Shown: positions 26,701-38,492, counted from the stretch's first letter. The stretch: 64,000 bases of DNA from Minutocellus sp. GHC0000111 (GCA_977018835.1 OZ361256.1:744001-808000); one strand, 5' to 3'. Notes: generated by a model not told the origin, from the letters alone. Program-made: numbers and translations.

Positions 26701-27491
26701 ACCCCTACAAAGACAGAAGAGGGGATTCGCTCATTCCCGAGGATTTCTCCAGCCAGCGCCCTCCTCTTCATCATGAGGCGCCTGATGTATCACCACCGGG
26801 ATCTCCTCCACACGATGGGGGATATTCCTCTCCTGTAGAAGGAGAAGGCGAAGCAGCGTTTGCTGGCATCTCTAGAATATCTCCGCACCATGCAGATGAT
26901 CGCAAGCATAAGCTCGGTGGACTGCCCAAGCTCACCCCTCGGTCGAAGCGTGTTAAGAGGGCATCTTCTACGGAAGTGTTGGCCGGAGATGGTGATTTGG
27001 AGGGAGCTGTGGCTTTCAAAACACCCTCTCCGTCACCGTCGGCACAAGATAACTCCCCATCGTCACCTGCAGCTCCACCACCGACCGAGGCCAAGAAGAG
27101 ACCTCCTCCTCCATCGTCTTCAGGGGAAAGGGCGAAGCCTGCACCCCCCTCAATGGCCGACAACCAGCAACAGAAGCGACCCCCGCCTCCTCGTCCTGGC
27201 TTGGAGAAGCGGCCGTCCGATGGAAAGATGAATGCAGCTCAAGGAGCGTCCCCAGCACCACGTCCCGGTCTCGAAAAGCGGCCATCAGATAGCAAAATGG
27301 CAGCAGGAGCAGCGACATCGTCGACCCCCGAGCCCGCTGCTGTTGATCTACAAAATCCAAGTGTCAAGCCGGCCATAAATCTACCCCAAGGATGGATGTG
27401 TGTTTGGTCCAAGTCACAGAAACGCTGGTATTTCTTTGACACCAAGACTAACAAGAGCGTCTGGGAGTGGCCTCCTCCTGGCGGTCTCTAG
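23772..27491 (+). CDS. INTS6: Integrator complex subunit 6 with C-terminal WW domain
   Basis: N-terminal vWA (MIVVFVVDTSPSM), EPFRWDQRIF, CEVTGG, FGNPY. Terminal WW domain LPQGWMCVWSKSQKRWYFFDTKTNKSVWEWP. Confidence 0.85.
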   Translation: MIVVFVVDTSPSMAEKVGVGGMSKLDLGKMMVEKLSKGLDQRVQAHNREFQQEKPTAQQSLHNLGLGYCSKDQFLLLSTGRQYAQQPALAACGAGVRLLVGFAGDYHGEAETAQDLHQQPSFSINHGEFERELKRLRATDWSPTPTAADVPPAASAVGGQPQQQPKRRPFPEDGGGAVGLNAVLSTGLQLLSRYRLKNRATENFGMGRLPSSTMLSASAAAAAGKGQQAGGANKQKATATYALQPACLILFTDGECLRKPPAEGGGNLQLQFGSAPLRDFYREPFRWDQRIFCVGVGSNASRSLHPSLQAFCEVTGGCYTSIQSSSALSQVSERLIQIIAPSLPQKMPIPNPLRHPSMAPPTSEEQVEGSMNVSGVFVNGGPVCSFQQLEGGETSMHRALLLHVPSRTDTANEAQIYAAPIFCIPESFFPDKKLDTLPPRTGQPVLTFSRHPQHHVGTLNTFDPLEVMNLLHRLDQLVTSNKQLLADANASSQMQASLKLLSRDVYVCDWISKDGKRGGVAPKSQRGHEHFPVSVRGAGRPALSEDDNSNMLNIGILHLPHNRVALSDQSAGEFSSESGGALSSITLLPPEPHILLPLLVRAAELENMQLKKSVQSKEAAASTSAAAKGGSTAGFIKKQQQSSSTVTSRNVPLDEQWRSDFRAYLFRIPPYYQHALRRCLRPIIPSSAQSLLSTDSYESIAAQCFSRSCLQKIRQGEKVARETNERIERQEAELRRRGVQLIETHNQDGRRQGLDAAVAPVIGYGQYDPRASVHSYLAALRNMPPPWRAGAAKAKKKDGDGNGDGDENGKEHEKFIGRSTPPPATESLGDLPAECLLAYYESRRRWIFGGSGLTTRGLSVEGVNNDGGNCHYYEANHSIDDESLISLCGVGASMLNKSKISEMGDYRERLLWSRKPVVGYGCNDSTGSAATTSPDGSPNWSVDDDALPTTFFDPKTGEFVDSVQTRVKTRLMINFGNPYKDRRGDSLIPEDFSSQRPPLHHEAPDVSPPGSPPHDGGYSSPVEGEGEAAFAGISRISPHHADDRKHKLGGLPKLTPRSKRVKRASSTEVLAGDGDLEGAVAFKTPSPSPSAQDNSPSSPAAPPPTEAKKRPPPPSSSGERAKPAPPSMADNQQQKRPPPPRPGLEKRPSDGKMNAAQGASPAPRPGLEKRPSDSKMAAGAATSSTPEPAAVDLQNPSVKPAINLPQGWMCVWSKSQKRWYFFDTKTNKSVWEWPPPGGL

Positions 27492-27605
27492 ATCTAGTAG
27501 ATCTACTACGTACCTAGGTAGCTAGTGCTAGCGATGGAGCTTAACTTAAGATTAACTCTTGACATGGTTGAATACTAATATATATGTGTCTCTACTCTGC
27601 TAAAT

Positions 27606-28700
27606 TTACAGCCTCGATGTTGGATCCCGGCCAGTTGTAAAATCAACGACCGTATTTCCTCGACCTTTGTTGGACTCAAACAACTCAAAGGCCTCGATGG
27701 CATCTTCAACGGAAAATATTCTGTCGGCCCTGGGTCTAATGGCACCCGATTCCATAAAATTTAGCATCTCTTGGACATTTTGTCGGTGCCCTTCCGGATT
27801 CTCTCTTGCCCATCGACCCCAGAGACTGCCAACAATCTTGGCTTCTTTGATAAGAACAAGGCCTGGCCTAATCGGCTTTTGGCCAGCGGTGAAGCCCACC
27901 AAGCATATTGTTCCTAACGGCTTGACGCAGGACATGAGGGCATCTTCAAAGAGTCCGCCCTGGACTACATCGACCACAACATCTGCTCCTTGAGGGTGCC
28001 CCAGTTCTTTCGACACTTTCCGAAATTCATTTTTGAAGTTTTTGTGGCTTTCCTTGTCGCGACCATAGCATAGGACGGCGTCTGCTCCAACATCCTTTGG
28101 GTGTTGAGCCTTGTCTTTCGAGCTCACACCAGCAACGACCGTGGCTCCCATTGCCCGGGCAAGCTCAATCGTCGCCATTCCTACTCCTCCCGACGCTCCA
28201 TCAACCAGGACGAGATCTCCCCTTTTGACATTACCAATGACCTTGAGCGAATGGTACGATGCAAAATAATTGCGGCCAATGTTGGCCAACCGAGACAAGG
28301 CGATGTTGTCTGGCGCATGATACACATCGTTCGCGTCAACTCGAACGACATCCGCCAAACATCCCAGATCCAGCGGAGCCTGAGCAATCACCCGATCACC
28401 GACCCGGAAAGTTGACACCTGACTTCCAACCTCAAGCACTGTCCCAGACACATCCAGCCCTGGAACATACGGCAGGGGAGGTCGATGCTGATAAAGCCCC
28501 TGCGCCTGCAAAGCATCTGGATATTGCACGCCAGCATAATGAGTTACGATAAGAACATCATTTGGTCGTTCGATGAGCGGCCGAGGAACACGCTCAACGG
28601 CCAACACTGACCTGAGGGGAGAATAGGCCGAGGCATCTTTTAGAATCCGCCCGCTGGAATCGAGAGCAGCGAAGCGGTGGCATCGAATTGCTCTCATCAT
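27606..28700 (-). CDS. NADPH:quinone oxidoreductase (zeta-crystallin/MDR family)
   Basis: [50 protein letters not shown]-terminal SRL is a possible PTS1 signal. Confidence 0.9.
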   Translation of the reverse strand: MMRAIRCHRFAALDSSGRILKDASAYSPLRSVLAVERVPRPLIERPNDVLIVTHYAGVQYPDALQAQGLYQHRPPLPYVPGLDVSGTVLEVGSQVSTFRVGDRVIAQAPLDLGCLADVVRVDANDVYHAPDNIALSRLANIGRNYFASYHSLKVIGNVKRGDLVLVDGASGGVGMATIELARAMGATVVAGVSSKDKAQHPKDVGADAVLCYGRDKESHKNFKNEFRKVSKELGHPQGADVVVDVVQGGLFEDALMSCVKPLGTICLVGFTAGQKPIRPGLVLIKEAKIVGSLWGRWARENPEGHRQNVQEMLNFMESGAIRPRADRIFSVEDAIEAFELFESNKGRGNTVVDFTTGRDPTSRL

Positions 28701-28988
28701 GGTTCACAGGCTCACAGGGGATGCCAGATACGATGGAACAAGCAACAGCACTTCGCTTCGTTGATAACAAGTGAGCACATCTCGTGGCGTTAGGTGCTTT
28801 TCTGGGGGATAGGTCCCGGATCCTCGATTCCTACCATATTTTATCGCAAGCCGCCTCATTCTTCAGCCAGCCACCAGCCACCGCAGCCACCAGCAGACAC
28901 CACCGCAGGGCGCCGGGCGAGTGACGCATGGCGAGTGGGGAGCAAGATTTCAAGAGGATGTGTGGCTGAGTGAAGGATTTGTAACGTG

Positions 28989-30002
28989 ATGACCAGCAGT
29001 ATCTCGGAGGCCATCCACGTCCTTTTCCCTCTCCTGATAAACCAACCCTTCCTCATCAGCGTCTTTGCTTCAATTTTGGTCGCAACGAGCATGCTCGTCT
29101 GGCTTCGACCATTCTCCAAAAGTGGCGGCGATGACAACCAAGAGTACAAGATCACCAAATGTCCAAACCCAAACTGTGCACGATGCAGTAGATATGCTGA
29201 ATTGAATCGATCGGCTCAAAGGCGTTTGCCGTATGTAGCAAAGGGAGAGGCGCTGCAAAGAATACGACACGCCATAATTGCTGGGCCGGATGTTGCGACG
29301 GATGACGATGAAAGCCGCCGTGCCGAAGATGTATCACCTGTGCAAGGACAAAGACCAAACGTATTGCTTGTGAGAGGATTATTATCCTGCCCCTTTGTCA
29401 CCGAACTGCACCAAGATGCCTGCAATGTGCTCCATAATGTCGGCAGAAATGTTTTATGGAACGAATACATCGAGGCTTTGACTTCTTCGTCGGCAAGCGC
29501 TTTGGAGAATGATGTGGCAAGGGGGACATGACAAGTCCTGCATCTAATGAATCAAGGGGAATGGGTAAAGTCAAATGTTACATTGTGTCCCAAGATCATG
29601 GAGGTGTTGAGATCTTTAGGAGACGGAAAGACAATGGATGGATGCATCTTTGGCACCGTCTTTGTATCAGTTCTTCATCCAGGCACCGTCATCGATCCTC
29701 ATTGCGGACCCTCGAATGTTCGTCATCGACTTCATTTTCCATTGCAAGTACCAGAGGGAAAAGAGGGGATGAAAGAACCATATCTCTGTGTCGCAAGGGA
29801 AAGGTCAACTTGGAAGGAAGGACAATGCTTTGTATTTGATGACTCGATTGTTCATTCTGTGACGTTTGGGGACGACGCATTGAGTGAACAATGGAATGAT
29901 AAGGATGGCATGGATTGCCGTGTGGTACTGATAGTCGATCTATGGCACCCAGACCTAACCCGAGAAGAGAGGTGCGCTATTACTGACTTGTATCCGTGCT
30001 AG
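28989..30002 (+). pseudogene. Aspartyl/asparaginyl beta-hydroxylase domain protein (ASPHD-like) with in-frame TGA at 29529-29531
   Basis: N-terminal TM, CPNPNCARC, HCGPSNVRHRLHFPL, FDDSIVHSV, RVVLIVDLWHP. The two ORFs are in the same frame, separated only by TGA in GT*QVLHLMNQG, where Trp is expected. Confidence 0.8.
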
Positions 30003-30161
30003 CTAGATATTGAGAGGAAGGAGACACATGCGATTACAATGCGTGTTGCCACCGATCGAACTGCAGCTTTGGTGGCTTCAATGTAGGAATTCCTACTGTA
30101 GCTTTAAACCTAACCTTGCCCCCTGAAGACCTCTTTCGATACCTGCCGCGATACATGTATA

Positions 30162-30914
30162 TATGTTAGTCCCAAAATGCGCACTGTCCCAGTTCGCGAA
30201 CTGGGATCCCAGTTTGCGAACTAGGATTTATTTATCCCAGTTTGGAAACTGGGATCATAGGCACAATCTCAGTTTGCAAACTGGGATCAATCGAGAAATA
30301 ATGAATATTTAGCATGGATGATATCGCCTTTGCTTCTCCTCGCTTCATTTTTTCATAGTGAAGCAACACAGCCCAAACCTGGTCCAGACGTCCAGACGAC
30401 ATTAGTGCCGGAGCTGATACTCAATAAATTGGCATTAGCTGATACTAAATTCATATAGTGAAAAAAAATAATATCTAGCTAGCTGCTTCTGGCAAATATA
30501 AGTAATGAACTGTACATGCATCTGTGCTATGCCGGCATCATGTTGCTACTGTACCAGTACATGTAGCTTGCAAATTCAAGATATGATGCACAGTGCAACT
30601 TGTATTGTAGATAGATCTACCAGTACATAATCATTGTGCATGAGCCAACACCGGCAGTTACCATTCTGACACTTGCCGAGAATGCCAGTTTCCAAACTGG
30701 TATTCATTTTTGTTCCAGTTCGCGAACTCGTCTGGTTCCCAAATTCGGATTGGCGTGTTTATCTCAGTTTCCATTCTGGTAGTATCAGTGCGCAAACTGA
30801 GATCCTAGTTTGGGAACTGGGGCCCAGTGCGCAAACTGGGATAAATGAATCTCAGTTCGCAAACTGGGATCCCAGTTCGCGAACTGGGACAGTGCGCATT
30901 TTGGGACTAACATA
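30162..30914. mobile_element. MITE with long TIRs and TA target duplication (Tc1/mariner-like)
   Basis: First 61 bp of the TIR are perfect (TATGTTAGTCCCAAAATGCGCACTGTCCCAG...), extending to about 83 bp with 3 mismatches. TA on both sides. No ORF. Confidence 0.9.
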
Positions 30915-31197
30915 TACATAAATAAAATCTGCGTAAATTTTATCGAATTGTCATCTTGAAGAGGTAGATCTACCAACCTCGACAAACCTCGACACATAAA
31001 AACTCAGTCTGGGCGACCAATTATTCTCGCACTTGTGCTGCAACCTCGAAGTACCCCCCTCGGGTCTTTTTTGACGAGCATGACGTTGAGCGAAGTCAGG
31101 CTGAGGACCATACCAGCCACAGGGCTCCCTTCCTGCAGCAGGTTCAGTTGCACATCTGTAGCCTACTCTAGACTAGCTAGAGTAGTCTCGTCGTGCC

Positions 31198-33243
31198 ATG
31201 CCGATTAGCTACGAAGCCAACCAGGCCGAGCCAACCTCTTCTGCTGACCAACAGCATGAGAAGCAGGGCCAACACTTCATCGAGCACCTCATCGGTGTCG
31301 CACAAATGCAACAAGACCCATCCCTCATCCATGGGTCGAGCACAAACCAGAACAGGAATGCCCAGCACAACGGCACATCCTCCACGAGTGATGTGACTAT
31401 TGCCGCGGAGCAGATGGAAGCCATCCGCTAGCTCTCCGCGGCAGTTCAGAAGCTCAGTTCGGCGGTCGATTCCAACAATGTCACGATATGTCGCTTGGAG
31501 AACACTGTGGACAAAATGTCCGTCGCCGTCATGTCGGCGCAACAGGAAAGAATGCGACCGAGCAAAGTTTCAGATGCAAATGGCAACGACGATGCAATAT
31601 CAGAGTTGCTCGATGGTGATGATTCTCCACCAAACGTCCCTCACGCAGATGGACTTGACCGAAAGCAGGTTCGCTTGGATGGCCTGGAGGTTTATGCCGT
31701 GGTTTCCGCAGTCACAGCCGGTACCCTCGTGGCAGTCTTTGATTCCTATCACCCTGGCGATATCATCGACCTGTTTTATCAGGGTCGATACCTGGAGGTG
31801 CTGGTATCATTTATTTTTTTGGTTTCAGGCTCTATCGGCATAATATGTGGTCTTCACTGCATTTTCACATTCAGTTTAGTCACGATGTACGGTCGAACAG
31901 CCCTGGCAATGGAACGGGACGACGCATTGGAGATATTCTTTACCGGGACGGGATTGCAAAGGTATCATGGCTTCAAGACTTTCGTCGGGAGCTTATATGC
32001 CATGATGATATTGCTGATTGTCAGCATAACGTCCAAGGTTTCTGATCGACCAATTGTTCACCTCGCGGCCCTGGCTTTGACGGCTCGGCTGATGCATTAT
32101 GTCTATGTAGACACCCAAACAATCATGGAGAAGGCCGGAATTATCTTTGCGCCGCCGTCCGCTTTGTCGAACGAGAATGACAGAATTGGCAGCGAAGATG
32201 CAGATATGCCCAGAAAGGACATAGACGAAGACGATGACTCTATTGCCTTTGAACAATTAAGTCGGCGGCCATCGATGGTGTCTACCACGACAGAAGACTC
32301 CAAGCGTGTTCTGCGACTGGGGCGACGACAATCCAGCCTTACAGTTAGTGCTGAAGAGCTTATCAAACTCCGTGAACTGGAGACATCCCCGTCGCCGCCA
32401 CCGATTGAGGAAGTCCCAGTTATTGAAATATCGCCATCGCAAGAAGCCAACCCGAACCGCCACAAAATCTTGAAGGTTCTAAGAGCGCTCGATCCGCGAG
32501 GAGATAACTTTCACAAAGGCAAGGAAAGAGCAAATCGACTGGCAAAGTTTCGATCCTATGTCGATGGGAAGTACACCGATGGGGTACCGCCAAACTTTGT
32601 AGACGCTGACATCACCTTACTCCTTTTGGGGACCTCTGATGATTGCGATCGAAACCTTCCTGGCTTGCTCCGAGCGTGCGGCGTCCCCTCGAAGAATCAT
32701 CAAGGCGCTGGCGATCACATCCTTCTGAAAAAGTCCGCACATGGAGCCATTGAGCTTCTGCGCTATCTTGTTTGTGATTTTGGCGCCAGCCTTGAGGAGC
32801 AGAATCCTTTCGAAAAAGTATTCTGTTCGTTACCTTCCTCGGAATTGAGGCAGATTCGGCTTTCACTTCACATTGCAGGCTTTGGTGGGAAGCGGGAAGG
32901 CAGCAAGGAGGATGCTTGCCAGATTTTGACTCGCTACCTCCTTTGTAATGCGGACAATAAGGCTGGTGGTGATACCAGTGCACATCTTTTGGACGATGTG
33001 TTACCAGCTCAAGATGCTCGAATTGCTCTTCGAGGGTGGTTTGCCCAACAGCCCAAGGAGATTCAATTGGCCACAAAGAAAATGAACTTGAAATGTTTGA
33101 GGCCAGATGAAAGTTCAAGGAGTTTGCTGAGCACCGGTAACAGTGGAGGCGTACATAGAGTTCCTACCCCCGGTAGATCTAGTGTCACGAGAAGCACCGT
33201 GAGGCAGAGAGGAAAGAGCTTGCCACCCAAGAGAAAAACATAG
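31198..33243 (+). pseudogene. Multi-pass membrane protein of unknown function with in-frame TAG at 31429-31431
   Basis: ORFs 31198-31431 and 31495-33243 share one frame with only the TAG between them (AIR*LSAAVQKL, within a coiled coil). About four hydrophobic helices. A downstream ATG could still yield a shorter protein. Confidence 0.55.
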
Positions 33244-33530
33244 GAATTCCTAGGGTGAATCTTATTTTTAGGGTATTACAATGTGTACTTGATGTAGAAC
33301 CTGGCTGTACATGTGTTTAGATCTGCAGTAGTTCTGCAGATCCCGCTTGGCATGAATGTGACTGACTGAAGTCAGCCTGCCGTTTTCGAGAGTCGATCGA
33401 GTCGAGTGAGGTCAGTCGAGTGGTCTGGCTTCGTGCGTTTTTTGGCGGGCTCGGGCCCGCCACATGCACACGCCACGCCACGCATTTATTTCATTTCTCG
33501 GCATTGGCAGAGGAAGCAAAACTGAAAAGT

Positions 33531-35426
33531 ATGGACCAACCAAGAAGCAATTACGGCGGCGGCGGAAGAGGCCGGGGACGGAGCCGGGGTCGAGGCGGAA
33601 GAGGTCGCGGAGGCGGTAACGGCCGAGGCGGAGGCGGCGGAAGGGGCGGCAACAACAACAATCGCCGAAACCGCGGGCCGAAGCGTCACGGCTCGTTCTC
33701 GGACGATGGTGGTCTCCCCCACAAGCGTCAGGAGCAGTCTCCTCGCGAGGACAGCGATGCTGCCATGATGGACAGCTCGGCCCACTCCTCGGGCACGCCC
33801 CCTCCTCCGGCCTTTGGCCACGCTGGCAAGACCGAGGATCCCTCCTTCATGACCAAGCAATCCTTCGCATCGTTGCCCAACAGTGCCGTCAGTTCCGACA
33901 CGACCCGTGCCGTCACGGACATTATGAAGCTGGCCCGTTTGACCGAGATCCAGCTCAAGACGCTGGTGGCGGTCGGATATCTCCCCCCCTCAGTGCTGGA
34001 GGGTGAAGAGCAGAACCAGCAGGCCGTTGGAAAGCCCCACCCGGCAGGCGTGGACGTCCTTGGCCGCGCTCGTACCGGTACCGGCAAGACGGTGTCGTTC
34101 CTCATTCCTGCCCTGCAGACCGTCATCAATGGGCTGGGCAAGTCTTCGGCCGGCGGTCCCTCCATCAAGGTCCTTTGTATCTCCCCCACGCGAGAGCTGG
34201 CAACTCAGATCTCCGTCCAGGCCGAGGCCCTCTTGACGTACCACAAGCCCAAGCTCCGTCTCAGCAGCCAGGTGGTCTACGGAGGCACCAACATGAAGAA
34301 GGACTTTCGTCTGTTCGAGAGGCAGCTGCCCACTATCCTCATTGCCACGCCCGGTAGGCTCAAGGATCACCTGGAGAACACAACCCTATCGTCGGGCCGT
34401 CCCTTCGCGGACTGCTTCAATGGGCTGCAGGTGCTGGTGCTCGACGAAGCGGACCAGTTGTTGGAGATGGGCTTCCGACCTGATATCACTCGGATCATCT
34501 CCTTCCTCCCTCCCATCGAGAGGCGTCAGACATTGCTGTTCTCTGCCACCATGCCCAAGGAGCTCAAGAATGTGATGGCTCAGTCTATGAAGGCTGACTT
34601 TGTTACTGTGGACTGCATTCATGACAAGGGTGCCGAAACGAACATCCACGTCGAGCAAAGTCACGTCATCCTCCCATCGATGGACCGGCTCCTCATTGGC
34701 GTCGTGGAGGTTGTCCTCGAGGCCATGAGGCGTGAACCCGACAATCACAAGGTTATCGTATTCTTCTCTACAGCCAAGCTGACGGCATTCTACTCCGACA
34801 TGTTCAACAAGGGAATGAACATCCCCGTGATCGAGATTCATTCTCGCAAGTCGCAGAGCCATCGCGACAAGGCCAGCGAGAAGTTTCGCAAGAGCAAGCG
34901 TGCCGTGCTGTTCTCCTCCGATGTGTCGGCCCGAGGCGTCGATTATCCCGACGTCACGCACGTCATTCAGATTGGTTTGCCAGACAATCGCGAGCAGTAT
35001 ATCCACCGTCTCGGCCGGACCGGCCGCGCCGGACGTGCTGGTAAGGGGTGGCTCGTTCTTGCCCCCTTCGAACGATCATTCCTCAAGGAGCTCAAGAGCG
35101 TCGACTGCCCGGAAGACAGCGAGCTCAAGGCTCTCTTCGCGACCAGCCCAAGTCAGGCTAGTATCAATGCATGGAATCCTGTCTTCAACAAGATCAATAG
35201 CGGCGACCGTGATCTCGTCCAGAGTGCAGAAGGTGCCTACAGAGCCATGCTTGGGTTTTACAACAGCAACACCAAGAGAATCGGCAAGATCTCCAAGGCC
35301 GAGCTTGTACAGTTGATGAATGAGTGGTCTCGCCTCACCGGCTTGTGGCAGATTCCCAGCCTCCAGAAGCGTACTGTCGGCAAAATGGGGCTGAAGGGTG
35401 TTCCGGGGCTTGTCATTGAAAATTAG
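33531..35426 (+). CDS. DEAD-box RNA helicase (MSS116/RH25-31-like) with RGG-rich N-terminus
   Basis: RARTGTGKT, PTRELA, ATPGRL, DEAD, SAT, ARGVD and HRLGRTGRAG all present. Confidence 0.92.
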   Translation: MDQPRSNYGGGGRGRGRSRGRGGRGRGGGNGRGGGGGRGGNNNNRRNRGPKRHGSFSDDGGLPHKRQEQSPREDSDAAMMDSSAHSSGTPPPPAFGHAGKTEDPSFMTKQSFASLPNSAVSSDTTRAVTDIMKLARLTEIQLKTLVAVGYLPPSVLEGEEQNQQAVGKPHPAGVDVLGRARTGTGKTVSFLIPALQTVINGLGKSSAGGPSIKVLCISPTRELATQISVQAEALLTYHKPKLRLSSQVVYGGTNMKKDFRLFERQLPTILIATPGRLKDHLENTTLSSGRPFADCFNGLQVLVLDEADQLLEMGFRPDITRIISFLPPIERRQTLLFSATMPKELKNVMAQSMKADFVTVDCIHDKGAETNIHVEQSHVILPSMDRLLIGVVEVVLEAMRREPDNHKVIVFFSTAKLTAFYSDMFNKGMNIPVIEIHSRKSQSHRDKASEKFRKSKRAVLFSSDVSARGVDYPDVTHVIQIGLPDNREQYIHRLGRTGRAGRAGKGWLVLAPFERSFLKELKSVDCPEDSELKALFATSPSQASINAWNPVFNKINSGDRDLVQSAEGAYRAMLGFYNSNTKRIGKISKAELVQLMNEWSRLTGLWQIPSLQKRTVGKMGLKGVPGLVIEN

Positions 35427-35701
35427 CTTGTACAATTGTACAAAAGAAACAATAAATATAGGAGGGTTCTTTGTATCGATACGACGAGCATAGCATCTAT
35501 ATTAGCTATTCGCAGTGTGAAGGTACCGCAAAAGAGTGACAAATGTTAGCGGATCTCGCGATACCGATAGTCGGCAATGGAACTATTACAATCAAGTCTA
35601 AACCGATGTTTAGACTTGATTGTTATATACCAAAAGGAAGATGGAGCCCTTAAAAAAGCATATATTATATATATATACATACATGTGGTAGAGCCGTTTT
35701 A

Positions 35702-37199
35702 GAGTGATTTCACGAGAGAGCAGACACCCCCTCCGCGATGTTTCGTAAACATTGTACCAACTTCCTTTTATTGATGATCCTTACTCAGAAGGGTATTGTA
35801 GACCATAATCAACAATAAAAGGAAGTTGGTACAATGATCTTGGTGCTCTTTTAGCACATGATATAGATACGGTATTAGAGTGTTTCTTTTGGTACACTAT
35901 TGTTTGAAAATTTATTTTTATGTCGTAGAATACACTTGTGCTGTTTCAAGAAAGAAAAAATACATCAAACTTTATAACGAAACAAAACCCATTTCGTTCA
36001 ACGAATGGGGCCACAACATGTGTCGCCGACGTGCCTCCCATTGAGAACAATCAAGACTACGGGGCACCATACCCTTGTAATAGCCTTTCACAACACTGTG
36101 GTGCAGCAGGAGACTTGCAATTACTTTTTTGAGCCTTGAAAAATTCGTTCGCGTTAGACCCGATTTTTTCGACAGTTTCCGACGTTCCATCACGACCATG
36201 TTCGCCCGATGTACAGCACCACCCCGGCCATCGCATACACTCTGACCACCTAGATGCCTTCCTGAATATTACTGGAAGGGATTTTTGGGCGATAGCGGTG
36301 CGTCGGTGCGTGCCTGTACCGCGAAATGTGGCCCAGCGCCATTACCACCCCCATTACACCACCCATCCGAAAGTTGGTCCGGATGCTTTTATGCGGTCCA
36401 TGCACCACTTCCGTTGCACTGAGCCGTCGACGCTTCACCCATATATATACCAAGCGCATTTGAGTGGGGGGTGGTGGCATTTCTTGACAATTCATAGAGA
36501 AAACTATTCCCAAAGTCCCGTGTCTGATGTCGGCACCAGATTTCACCTTCATTGCTTCTGCCGCCCGAGAGGAACGAAACCGGAGAAAGCGGCCAAACCA
36601 ACACGTGAGATCGATGGATGTAATATAGAATGAGCATCGTGCGTGCTGATATTGCGTGAAGGAACAGTGGTTGAGGCTTGAAGGGGGTTGTAGTTGGGGA
36701 TTTGCTACTTTCAGATGTTTTTGCTTTCCATGGTGACGGCCACAATGATACAAAGATGGGGCCCAATATCGACCCTCTGGCGCAAACTTGCTCCCAATAT
36801 TACCCAAGTGAAAGTAATGCCGGTCAGGGAGGATTGAAATGGATGTAGACAAGCATCAGCCATCATTCTTTGCCATTTTGAGGGTAAAAAATATTGAAAA
36901 TTTCTGGGCATGAGGAGATGTTGCTAAAATAGCACATGATGTACGAATGAGTTTGCTTTCAAGTATGCAATACTCACCTAACGCATGTAGTTGGCGTATA
37001 CATCGGTTGGCTTGGAGTTATTTATCGTTATACCATCATTTGGTGGCCTTCTTGTGGAGATGAATTCTCCTTGCTTTCGCCGTGTTGAGAGAGGCCATTT
37101 AGTGGGTTCATTTTTGCGCTGCATAAAGTATCGCACAAAAAAATTTCCTAGTGCCTTACTATTTACGGCGATTTTGTCGGCGGTCTCGTGGAATCACTC
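35702..37199. mobile_element. Non-autonomous TIR DNA transposon, Sola-like, copy 2
   Basis: Same TIRs as 6490-7988, TSD TTTA (35698-35701 and 37200-37203). The only difference I saw from copy 1 is one A in a homopolymer (A6 versus A7). Confidence 0.9.
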
Positions 37200-38492
37200 T
37201 TTATTAAAAAACAGTGCAACTTATTACATGTCTATAACATTTAGGCTCAAAGATATACAAAGCTAGTAGCGTGAGTATAGATCTCTCCTAATGTCTATCG
37301 ATAACTAACTGTTGAGGTATCGGGAGACAATCCAAAATGAAGAGATGGGAAATCAAATCTTGCCATCGAGATCGGCAGACAGATGGCAATGCCGTCTGAC
37401 CGTCGCCATCGCTTGAACGTTCCGGGTTCCATCTCCCGCCCCTCTTCGAATGTCGATGTTCAAACGGTTACAATCGACGTGTAAAGATTGACAGAAGAGA
37501 TCATGAGAAGGCAGACATCCCGCCCCTGTTCAGTAAGCTCTTACCCGCCCCTATTCTTTGCATTCTGTTGGTTGCTTGAGACAGATTCTTTGAGTAGATG
37601 TAAACCTAATCGTCGTCTTGATTGACGGACGGAGTGTTTTTTGTGATGATGATGATGATGATGGTGTTGATCCAATTGTAGAAGCTTGAAATGTTCAGAG
37701 TCCATGGGAGGGTAATGCTCGTAGCCTATTATCATGTGGCATGTAGGCGATTGCGTTAAATGCGACCAACATTCTTGGTGCCGCCAACATCAGCGCACTG
37801 AAGGGGGACGCAGGAACGTGGATGGATGGATGGATGGATTGGTTCGGAGGAGCCACCAATCATTTTCTGCTCGCTGGAGCAGCTCGCAAAGGTTGCAATG
37901 TGACGAATTCGACTTGTGGGGTTAATTGAATTGATGACGTTGATGGTAGGCCGACCATCTTCGTAGATTGGGACGGGCCCTTCAATGGATGGATGTGTGC
38001 CGATGAAGTTTTTTGCATGGATGGATGGGTCTGATGACTCTGACTACTACTGACTGACTTTTGACGTTTTCTCCTCGAGCCGCGATGTAGTGTGTCTGCA
38101 GTTCAGCATCAGTAGAGCTTGTGTGTTGAACACGGAGGGTTGAGGCCTTCCAATCTGTGGCGATGCCACCGTTGAAGGTCGGCTCATGCGGAGCACAACA
38201 ACAGCCCTTCGACGTCACATGAATGGCTGCCCCACTTTCCCGCGGCTCAATTTGACTGACTCAATCGACTGAGCTTCGCAAGAATGAACGGAAAGCAAGC
38301 CACGGCAGTAAAATTCGACCAAATTAGCCAAGAAGAACAGGTGGTGCGCGAAGCTGACTGATGTCCACCACTCACAACCACCACAACTCTCATCCCCGGG
38401 CACGATCAAAGAGCGTTCTTGCCGGGGCTGCCCCACCACCTCCCTCCACCATTGTTGGGTTTAGTCCCCCCCACGGCATAACTAAACCAACC

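Noticed and set aside
30181..30890. CRISPR-like array of 18-bp repeats
   Set aside because: Eukaryotic context, irregular or absent spacers, and the units are arranged as the mirror arms of a MITE.
33486..35435. Antisense and alternative-frame ORFs overlapping the helicase and other long genes
   Set aside because: Shadow ORFs expected from GC-rich codon usage; no motifs.
37541..38300. Short ORFs with (GAT)n and (TGGA)n microsatellites
   Set aside because: Low-complexity intergenic sequence without recognisable coding signal.
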